Assembly (NCBI GenBank): GCA_964247055.1
Contig: OZ176058.1
Span: forward strand, 1,984,001-2,048,000
Origin: Paragordius varius
Lineage: Eukaryota > Animalia > Nematomorpha
Length of the DNA stretch: 64,000 nt
Direction: 5' to 3'
Under the pieces are notes generated by a model. The model saw only the letters and a list, made by a program, of their open reading frames with translations, ran no database searches and had not been told where the DNA came from. Below are positions 39,708-51,700 of the stretch, piece after piece. Within the stretch, counting starts at the first letter, position 1. Every line of letters begins with the position of its first letter. A program made the position numbers and the translations under genes.

Positions 39708-42700
39708 AAGTTTTTGTTTTTTTTTCCCAATTTTTTTAAAATATAAGTGTCCAATATAATTACAGTAAAAATTAGAATTATATGGACAAAACGTGAAAAT
39801 ATAAAGACAAATATTTTTTTCTAAAAGACAGTCTAAATTTTGTTTTTTTTCAATATAACTCATTGTTTAAAATGGCAAAGTGTAAATTAGAGATCTGTAT
39901 TACTAAGACAATCAATTCTATATTTTACAATTTAACTAAAAAGTTTATATATGATAATTAAGGTTTCAAAAACTATGGTCTTCTTTTTTATAAAAATATT
40001 TGTTTTTATATTTTTACGCGTTGTCCGTATAATTATAATTTTTACTGTATTTGTAGTTAATAAAATGAAAAAAAATAGTTAGATTCACTTTTTGGATAAT
40101 TATTTATCTTTATAGTTTTACATTTTGTACTGTACTTCAGAGGTAATGATAAAAAATAACAAATTGATCAATATATTGATTTCTATTATCAAATTTTATT
40201 ATCTTAATTTTTTACTTAACATGTCTCCAATATATAGAATATTTTTCTAAAAAGGTTCATAATGCGGATAATATACCCCTTACAGTAAAAGATATGAGAC
40301 AGGCAAATCCTAATTAAATGACGAAATTTTTAAAAAAACACATATTTTTAATTTGCTTTACAATACAAGTGTATATTTTAATTTATCAAGTTTTAAAAAA
40401 GTAGAGTGGTCTTTTGTAAATACAGTAAAAACTGAAATTATACGGACAAAACGTATATATATAAAGACAAATATTTTTTCCTAAAAGACAGTCATACATT
40501 TTAAATAATGATTTTTTCAACAATATAACTCATTGTTTAAAATGGCAAAGTGTAAATTAGAGATATATATTACTAAGACAATCATTTCTATATTTTACAA
40601 TTGCAACTAAAAAGCTTATATATGAAAGATTATTAAGGTTTTAATAAGTATGGTTTTCTTTTGAATAAAAATTTTTGTCTTTATATTTTTACGTTTGTCC
40701 GTATAGTTTCTTTCTACTATTGCAGTTATAAAAACGAAAAATAATGAGTTAGATTTACTTATTATTTGTCTTTATTACATTTTGTTCTGTACTTTAGAGG
40801 AAATGATAAATATAACAATATTTATCAGTATATAAATTTTTATTGTTAAATTTTATTAAACTTAATTTTTTTATTTAACATGTCTCCAATATAATTAATT
40901 TTTTTAAAAAAAAGGTTCCTAATGCGGATATTTAACCCCTTACTGTAAAAGATATGATACAAGCAAAACCTAAAAATTAAAAGACGAATTTTTTAAAAAA
41001 GACACATATTTTTAATATGCTTTGCAATACAATGTGTTATATTTAAAATTATCAAGTTTAAAAAAAGTAGGTTGGTATTTTGAAAGTAAAAACTTACGGA
41101 CAAAACGTAATAAAGACAAATATTTTTTTCTAAAAGATAGTCATATTTCAAATAATGATTTTTTTCAATATAACTTCATTGTTTAAAATGGCAAAGTGTA
41201 AAATAGAGATATATATAATTAAGACAATCAATTTTATATTTTACAATTGTAACTAAAAAGCTTATATAATGATAATTAAGGTTTTTAAAAGTATGGTTTC
41301 TTTTGAATAATAATATTTGTCTTTATATTTTTACGTTTTGCCCGTATAATTTCAATTTTCACTGTATACTTTGTAGTTAATAAAATGAAAAAAATAGTTA
41401 AATTCTCTTTATGGATAATATTTTGTCTTTATAGGTTTACATTTTGTTCTGTATTTCAGAGGGAATGATAAAAAATAACAAAATTGATGTATATAAAAAT
41501 ATAGCTAATTTAAAAAGCCCATCAACATTCTGTTTTATTATATTTTTTTCTAAAAAGGTTCATATTGCGGATATTTAACCCCTTACAGTAAAAATTATGA
41601 TAACAAAACCTAAAACCAAAAAAACGACCATTTTTTTAAAAAAGACACATATTTTTAATATGCTTTGCAATACAATGTGTTATATTTTAATTTATCAATT
41701 TTTAAAAAAGTAGTCTTTTGAAAATACAGTAAAAACTGAAATTATACGGACAAAACGTAAAAATTTAATAAGGCAGTCTTAATTTTTTAATAAAATGTTT
41801 TTTTTCTATATAACTCATTGTTTAAAATGGCAAAGTGTACTATGTTTGCTTTTATATAAAAATATTTGTCTTTATATTTTCACGTTTTGTCCGTATAATT
41901 TTAATTTTTACTTTAAAACATTTTTCTTATAAAAATTTCATAATTTTAAATTAAAAGACTTACGTCCACTACGTTCTTGAGGTGTTCCATCAACAACTTG
42001 CCAACCGCCATAACCCTTGGGTAAATCTGGTCGAGTCATCCAACACTCATTCCAAACATGAAAATTCCTAAAATGTAATAATGTAAAGTATAACATTTTT
42101 CAGTCAATCGTAAAATTTTTTTAATCAACAGCATAACATTTTTTCAGTCAAAAGCATTAATTTTTCGACTAAACACAATATTTTTTACAAATGCATCATT
42201 TTTTCGACTAAGCAACATTTTTTCAATCAAAGACAACATCTGTCACTCAAAAGCATAACATTTTTTCAGTCAAAAGCATCATTTTTTCGACTAAACGCAA
42301 CATTTTTTAAGTAAAGACAAACAACTGAAAAAATGTTGCGTTAGCTTTAAAAAATTTGGCGTTTGGATGAAAAAATGTTGCTTCTAACCGAAAAAATGGT
42401 ATATAACAAAAAATTTAGGTTTTTGCGAAGAAATAAAAAAGCGTCTTTTAAAGCTTATGGATAACTTAGTAAGTTATTTAATTATAAAGTAGGAATGTGT
42501 ATTATTATAAGGTATTTATAAAAATGTGAAGTTTTTGTGGAAAACAAATAGTTTTTGATTATTCCCGGATTTTGGCATTGTAAAAACTCTAGAGAGTGCC
42601 CTACAAAATTTATTGAAATCTTTAATTGAAAAAAAGAAATGTCGTATTAATATGAAAAAAAAATATTTTTACAACAATTTGTAAATTATGAAATAGATAT

Positions 42701-45700
42701 TTTCTTAAAATTGGTTAAGGTTAATTCTGAAAATGATAATCATTTAATCAAAATAAACTGTAAAAAAACTTTTCACGAAACAAAAGTGAACAGCGATTGC
42801 TATTGACGAAGAGTTTATCATATTACTTTATATTTTGTGTTCCAATTTTAGAAGTTTAAATTTTAGTTAAATTTTCATTATAATTGTTAATCAGTTTTCG
42901 TTTAAATTAACATTATTTAACGTGATTATTTGTAAAAATTGATTTTAAGACAAATAATTTTTTTCAAAAGAAGCTATATATTTTAAAACTTTGTTTTTAA
43001 TATATAACTTATTGTTTTTAATTGCAAAATAAAATAGAATTATATAAAATTAGTAACATAATTAATTGTGTTTACAATTGTTATTAAATCTATATGGGAA
43101 AAATTAACGTTTAAAACAGTAAGGTTGTCTTTTTTTAAAAGATTATTTGTCTAGTTTTTACGTTTGGTGACGGTATATTTTTAATTTTTACTGTAATTTT
43201 TGCCATTAATCAAGTTTAAATATGAAAACGCGGACTTTAAAACCGAAGCAGTTTTTGATTTGACATATGCCTTAAAATTTGGCTTAAATTAGATTATTTT
43301 TATTCAACTGGTTTTTTGGTTTAACTTCCTTTTTTAATTCATGGATATTATAATAATATTTTTTTTCATTAAAATGGAATATATATCCGCAAAAGACAAG
43401 CATATATATAATGCCCAGCAAATATTTATTGTATACTTACCATGAAATTTTAAATTTATAATTAATTTTTAAATTAATAATTAATAATGTTAACAATGTA
43501 TGATAGTTCTTATAAAAATTTTCTATAAAGTTAAAAAAATTATTTTAAATTATTTTGCATATATTTTTGACTACAGAAACGGTTTAGATTCCTTGGAATA
43601 TGGAAATTTATCATACTCGTGTCATCTAGGACACTATAAATTGTCAGATTAAACAAAAATAATTAAAATAAAAAAATAAATAAATATTTAAAGTTAAAAG
43701 AGTTTAATAAATTTTATGCATACCATACACTATCCATACTGTATTCATAGAGCGTTTCCTTGTTTTCGTCAAAAACATCATCAATACATAAATTGGCATT
43801 TGTATCGTGGGCACTGTAGAAATTCGTTACAGTTCTGCAAGGAATACCCAGGGTTCTCAACACTATATTTTTCAAAAGGAAAATTAATTTTATAAAAAGT
43901 TTTTAAAAGTTTTAAAAACTTTTAAATCCATAATGCTCAAACGAAGGATTATCATAAGTTAGACATTTTTTACAGTTCTGCAAGGAATACCTAGGGTTCT
44001 CAATACTATTTTAAAGAAAGGGGGAAATATTTTTTTAAAAGTTTTTAAAACTTTTTGAAAACTTTTAAATCCGTATTAAGCTCAAAAAGCGTAGGAGATT
44101 ATCATAAGTTAAAAATTTGTTACAGTTCTGCAAGGAATACCCAGAGTTCTCAATACCATATTTTAAAAGAAAGGGGGAAATTAATTTTTAAAAGTTTTTA
44201 TAAAGCTTATAAAAAACTAGCTCAAAAAGCGTAGATTTATAATAAATAAATTTGTTGTTTTACAAGGAATACCCAGGGTTCTCAATACTATATTTTGAAA
44301 GAAAGGGGGAAATTAATTTTATAAAAGTTAAAAAGTTTATATTATGTTGAAAAGCATAGTATCATAAGTTAGACATTTTTTTCAGTTCTGCAAGGAACAT
44401 CTAAGGTTCTCAATACTATATTTTGAGGGAAAAGGGAAAATAATTTTTTAAAAGTTTTTACAAAGTTTATGTTATGTTGAATCCTTAATAAGCTCAAAAA
44501 GCGTAGGATTATAAATTAAAAATTTGTTCAGTTCTGCAAGGAATTTCCAAGGTTCTCAAAACTATATTTTGAAAGAAAAAGGGAAATTAATTTTTTAAAA
44601 GTTTTTAAAAAGTTTATGTTATGTTCCTTAATAAGCTCAAAAAGCGTAGGATTATCATAAATTAGAAATTTGTTACAGTTCTGCAAGGAATATCCAGAGT
44701 TCTCAATACTATATTTTGAAAGAAAAAGGAAAATAATTTTTTTTTAAAGTTTTAAAAAAGTTTATGTCATGTTAAATCTATAATAAGCTCAAAAGTGTAG
44801 GATTATAATAAGATAGAAATTTTTTACAGTTCTGCAAGGAATACCCAGGGTTCTCAATACTATATTTTAAAAGAAAATGGGAAATTAATTTTTTAAAGTA
44901 CAAAGTTTATGTTATGTTAAATCCTTAATAAGCATAAGAAGTGTAGAATTATCATACCAGGGTTTTCTTAAAACTTACGAATTTAATTTAAAATATTTTA
45001 CCAGAGTCAAAGTTTATAAATATATTTGCTTTATTTAAACTTAATAAAATGCGCAAATAATATATCTATGAATCATCGGTTAAATGTAGAAATTCCTTAC
45101 AGTTCTGCAAGAAATACCGGTTCTTAAAACTAATTATATCAAGAAATACATATATACAGTAAAAATTGGAATTACAGACATATTTTATTACAAAAAAACC
45201 TACGCTCTACTCTTTTACTTATTTGTTTAGAACACAACTCATTAGTAAATAGCAAAGTATGAAATAGAAATGTATATTGTTCACACAATCAATTTATGTA
45301 TTTTATAATTGGGAATAATCAATGTTAAAAAATATATTATCCTTTAGAAATAAATATTTGTCCTGATATTTTTACGTTTTGCCGTATAACTTCCATCTGT
45401 AATCGATCTATAGTTTTAGGTGATAATTTTTTTTGCAAGTTATGGAACAAACCCAAACGTAGTTATTGTTTATAATTTAAACAATAATACAGTGATTTTA
45501 AAAAAAATTACCTAAAGTAAAATATTGTATTGTGCAAACGAAAATTTATACCATATGCTATTAAATATACCCTTTTTTAATTTCTTCATAAAATATATCA
45601 TCCAAAACACATGTATTACTTACTTATAGTTAGTACACCAGTAAAAACCCAACACTGCCCAAATTTAATTTATTAATACAACTCATTGTTTAAAGTGGCA

Positions 45701-48700
45701 AGTGGTGTGAAATAGAGATATATATATCACTAACACAATAAATTTTATATTTTACAATTGTAACTAAATAGCTTATATAGAGGAAAATTTAAGGTTTAAA
45801 AAAAGTATGGTTGTCTTTATATTTTTACGTTTTGTCCGTATAATTTAAATTATATTACTTACTTGTAGTTAGTACACCAGCAAAAACCCAACACTGCCCA
45901 AATTTAACACTATCGCGTGTCGCATAAAATTTTTGTAGGATTTGAACTGAGCCTTGCCAATCTAGGGGATTTGTACCTCCCGTATAATCTTTCCAGGAAC
46001 CTACGAGAATCCCGCGGTCTCCATCAGCCGAATTTACCTTTTATTTAATGAATATCAAAATAAAATTTTTAGGTATTTAAATATTTTTTTGTATAAAATT
46101 TTGAATATTTTTATTTTCTAGGTGTAATATAAAGTATTATTGTGTAATATAAAGTTTTGAAAATATATGTTCGTGACAACCATTGCCCCAACTTAAATCA
46201 AGAATTTTTTTTATGTATTTTCTAAAATCTTGAAAAAATTTATGGTTATGTTGTTGCTTTTAATCTTTAAAACATATATAATGAGTAAATTTGTAAAGAA
46301 ATTGGATTGAAATATTTATCAAAAACTTTTTTTAAAATATTTAGCGTTTATTTAAACCATATTTTGCGTAACTTTAAACTTAGGGTTTCCAACATTCCAT
46401 TTAAATACAATATATTTTCCAATTTCCCTAAATTTAATTTAAATTTACAAAACATTTTTTGAAAAAATTTTCCAGCCGTCACAAAGCATCAAAGGCGAGC
46501 TGGCCGTGTGTTAAAATCTATAGTAAGTAAATTTAAGCTTAAAATACATTTTATATAAATTTAAGTGTTACCAGTATGATTTAGAATTATCTTTCGTTAT
46601 TGCCAAAGTATTACATATAAATTATCGCATAAATATTACTTCATATTAAAGCATAATTTTTAATATATCCGATATTTGAAAAAGTTTGAAAAGTTTTTTT
46701 TATTTAAAAATTCAATTTTAAATTTAAAAATATTTAATGCAAAAATTACAATGGCAGATATGGAACGCACAACTTCAATCGGATTATTTCGCAACTCATG
46801 AGGCATTCGTGTTAAATCCAGCGCAAACATTACGGCATTTAATATATTTTCTTCATACTAAATCGTAAAATAAAAAATATTTAAAAAAATATTTAATTTA
46901 AATCATAAACACTACCTTTTCACTTGTTCGTACTAGTTTACCTTTGGGTAATGTGACCAGATATTTTGAACTTTGACTCAGTACAAAATCAAAACATACT
47001 ATGCCTGTTTTTGCACCATTGGTGTGGTGTGTTATTATACACAGTTTCCACAAAAAATATCCTGATGAAATATACATATTCTGATACGAAAATATAAGGT
47101 GCTTTTGGTTTTAACCTTTATGAGTTATTATAAAAAGTTATTTACCATTTTGTTGTAGGTGATCCTTATAAAATTGCAATAGGTGCGCAATTTTTTTTAT
47201 ATTTTTCGGTGGAGACTGAATGCTTTATTTCAAAAAAATTCACTAAAATATAACAAACTACATATAAAAACAAAACAATATTTTTAAAAATTTTAAATTT
47301 TAAGATGTGAGCTCTGAAAATCCCAATTTTTTTGGTTCTTTTATAATGGACTGTTCTCTTAAAATAAACGCGAAAATTCCCACATCTGTTAATCTAAATT
47401 TTGATATCAACTAAATATATTTTTTAAAATATGCATACTTTAAAAAAAATTTAACATATTTTTGTTAAAGCATACTTCATATTATTTTGAGCATGATGGA
47501 AACGATATAAACGGTTGATTTATAACACTTTAGATAAATAATTTGATAATGTTAAACATATTTCTCTCTCAGAAATTTGATTTAAATATCGTTTGTTTTC
47601 AAGGTTCAATAAAGAAATGTTTTTTACAAAAATTTACCAAAATTTGCAACAAATTTTTAAATTAAAATTCTGAATGTTTAACGTCATCAAATTATTTAGA
47701 AAAAGGGTTGCATTTAAACCGTTATACCGTTTCCATCATGCTTCAAAATCGTTAGAAACTCTTCAACAAAATATCTCCAATTTGTTTATGCTAAAAAATA
47801 AGAAAACTAATAAGAATAAAGATTAGGAAAAAATAAGTATATCATACCTCCCAACTAATGAGTTAAAACATACAAAACTCTAAATTTTTATAAGAAAAAA
47901 AGGTTATTTTGAAATCATATGCTTATTTCTTATATAATATGTTACGAGAATAACAATTTTCTATATAATAATCTGTTTAACAATTATAACAAAATATGAA
48001 CTTTTAACTTGATCAAACCATTAAAATAACATATTGTTAATTTTAAATTTTAGGGCACCTCTTTTTGCGAAAGCCCTGAGTGAAAGAAGCAATTAGCCCG
48101 AATATCACGGTGGAGTCCGAGATTTAAAGTTTCGCCACTGCCTGAAAGGCTGCAATCATAAGCGGTTTCGATTTAAAATCCAATTTTATGTATAATACGA
48201 GCAGAAAATAAAATATTAACCAATTAAAAATAGACCAATCTTAGTTTTTTACCGCAAAATGAACCATTACTTTACAAATTATGGGATTATTTTTAAAGAG
48301 GTTACTATATCAAATTCTAAAATAATTTTTTTGAATAAACAAAAGGTAATTATATAAAATAATTTTTTTAATTTCAAAAAGCAGTACAAAACTGGGCGCA
48401 GTACAGTCGCAATTTTTTTTTGAAAATCCAGTATTGTACTGCGAAAAACAGCCTATCTGGTCACATTACTTTTGGGGTAGTTTTATATTTTAGATCTCAA
48501 TTTTGTAAAATTACATTTTATAAGTTATTTATGTTGAAATTTTATTATTAAACATTGTTCTCATGTATAGGATAAAAAAGCTTATAGTTTTTGCAATTTT
48601 GTAGACTTCTAGAGTCTAAAATTGGGACAGCTTTAAAACACGATTGAAATAAACAGCTGATATTATAATCAAAATATATCAAGTTTTTGCTGATAAAATG

Positions 48701-51700
48701 TAGAATGAAAGCCTTTCAAAATTAATTATTCACATTTTATGACCATAATATACATTTATTTTTGTTGCATTAGCAATTTTAATTAAAAATGGCGATGAGT
48801 TTATTATAATTTTACATTTTTATAATACGAAAAGACTAAAAAAGCATATTTCGGCTTAATACTTTAAATACTTTTGACATATTCGAATTTCAAATCGCTT
48901 TAGGAAATAAAACCCCAAAATGTCATGAACTGTTAATAAATGTTTTTTTCTTTAAGATTAACTCAAACAACTTTAAAGACATACACACATTTTTAAATTT
49001 AAAATTAAAAATATTTTTCAAGTAGTGATTTAGATAAAATAATCTCTAACCATGCCATAATTCCACATGCGTGAACTAATTTTTTTGGCAGTTCCGTTCC
49101 AGACTTTTCCAACGTCACGTGTTACGGCCTCTTGTCTCCACTCTTCATCCTCGAGGTATACGGAATCCACTGAATAAAAATATTTTTTATAAAATTTCTG
49201 ACATAAAATATGTATATATATCAAATTTTATAAAATTTTTGACATAAATCCAAATATAAAAGTATGTTTTTACGGTAAAAATTGAAATTATACGGATAAA
49301 AAGTAAATATAAAGATAATTTTTTTTCAAAAGACAGCTGAATTTTTTAAACATTGATTGAATGGTGTTTTTACCAATATACAACTCCAATTTTTTATACT
49401 TTGCAATTTTACACAATGAATATATAAGTTTTAAAAAGGATGGTTGTCTTTTTTAAAAAAAATCGCCTTCATATTTTACGTTTTGTCCGTAAATTTTAAT
49501 TTTTTTTGTATATATATTTGTTAGTTTGTTAACGGTAAAAACGGTTTTTAAACCATAAAAAGTGTAACATTTTCATAAATTGTTGTGATGCGCCTTTTTA
49601 TTCAATATTTTTTTCGTTTTTTGCAAAATTAAATTATTAAATTTCAGAAACTCATTTATTTATATATATTTTTACTATAATCGAGAGTTTGTCAGTATAG
49701 AAATATTAATATACTATTTTAGGCAAATTAATATGAATTATTCAATCTTATGTCTTATAACAATATATTTCGACTTTTGAATATATTAGGACTTAAAAAT
49801 TTTCAAAAGCTCAAGTATTACTTATCAATTAAAAATACTATTTGGGCACCTATTTCGAATCAAGATTATTTACAGTAACTTTGACTTTTTAAAAATTTTG
49901 GTAAAACTTATCAACTAAATGTATATAGCTAAAAACCCTCTAAAATCTGGACTTACATTTACACCAAGGGTTAAACAAGACGAAAATTGGTTTTTGAATT
50001 TTGAAAGATGTTGTTGTTTGGATCCGATTATCCTCGGGGACAAATGTATCCCGATCAGCTGATGAAACGATAAATTCAAGTCTCCACACTCCTACATGGG
50101 CATTTGGGGAAGCGATTACTTCAAGCCATAATCTATTTCCTAAAAAATTAATTACCATTTATAGTTTGAATTCACCCTTTAACAATTCAAATTCACCTTC
50201 CTTAAACAATTCAATCACCCTTTAATAATTCAATCCTCGAGCAATCCAAATTTACCCTTTAATAATATGAAATCACCCTCGAACAATTGATATTCACCCT
50301 ATAATTTAAAACCAAACTCGAACAATCAAATTCATTCTTGGGAAATTCAAATTCACCCTTGAACAATTCAAATTCACCCTCGAACAATACAAATTTACCC
50401 TTGAACAATTTAAATTCACCTCTTTGAACAATTCAAATCACCCTTGAACATTTCAAATTCACCCTTAAAACTATTCATATTCACCCTTTAACAATTCAAA
50501 TTCACCCTCGAAAAATTTAACCCTAAAAATAAATTATGTGTCTTCGCACTAATATAACTCATTATTTATATATATCTTTATGGCATAGTTTATTTTTTTC
50601 AAGATATATAGAATATAGGTAATTTTTAATCTTATAAATCATATAATTTATTTAATGGTAAATTTGAATTGTTCGAAAGTGAATTTGAATTGTTCGAGGA
50701 TGAATTTGAATTGTAAATGGTATAAAATAACATTAAACGGGAATCATAATTTAATTCCAAAAAATCGAAATTGTAATAAAATTGAAAATTTTTTATTTAA
50801 ATATGACAGACTATCTTTTTTAAATTGCTAATACATTAGTATCAAAACAAAACGTAAAAATCTAAAATACAAAAATTTTTCTTAAGGTAAATTATATTGA
50901 TTATTAAAAATGGTCCCTAAAAGGGGTTTCTAGCTTTACTACATTGGCATATTTATGTATGTTTATTAATTATAAATTTTTGTTTTACCATTCGTTATTA
51001 AAGCTTCAAATCTATCTACTATTTATCATATTTTTTACATAGTTTCTAAATCTTTTATGCGATAAAATTATTTTTCTCAAATAATATGTTACCTAGCCTC
51101 TAATTCAGGGGCCCTCACAGATAGTCTTTGGCCCATCAAAAATTTGGAAAATTATAATTTGCAAAAATTTGCTCACAAAATCTTAATAAATTATATTTCT
51201 TCAATAAATTTTTTGATTATCAATTAGTTGGCAACATACAAGAAAACATTGTTAAAATGTGTTTTGTTTTCATTTTACAGTCTTATATTTGAAATACCTA
51301 ATAAATGATTTATAAATGCCCATATATGCCATTTACTGTTCAAATTGACCCTTAAACAATTCACAATTCACCCTATATATGTTTTCGAACTAATATAACT
51401 CATTTATTAATATGAAATACATCTTTATGGCATAGTGTATTGTTTTTTCAGTATTATTTTAATTTAAAACAAAATTTTTATTTTTTAAAAATTTTTATAA
51501 AAATATAAAATCTTAAATAACATATATTTTATTTGAGGGTATAAATTGTTCGAGGGTGAATTTCAATTAATGGTATATTTTCAATTCTCGGCCCTCCGTT
51601 ATAGTAGTCAAAAATGCGGCCTGCGAAGCCAGTTTTGGACATTTTTTTAACATTAGTTGTTTTTGAATAAAAAAATAATTTTAAAGAAATTTTATAAAAT

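Noticed and set aside
48052-48170. Hammerhead, pistol, HDV-like ribozyme, snoRNA or tRNA call for the GC island
   Set aside because: Core elements are incomplete (CTTATGA instead of CTGATGA with no closing stem-II pair; no pistol P1/P3; no C/D pair or cloverleaf). Kept only as an unidentified structured island.
50001-50225. Plus-strand 74-aa ORF; also 19376-19651
   Set aside because: The first is the antisense shadow of transglutaminase exon 5 running into MITE-2. The second is an alternative frame over the secreted-protein exon 3.
50165-50520. 21-nt direct repeats as a CRISPR array
   Set aside because: The repeats are contiguous with no unique spacers, are mirrored at the other end of a TIR element, there are no cas genes, and the context is eukaryotic.
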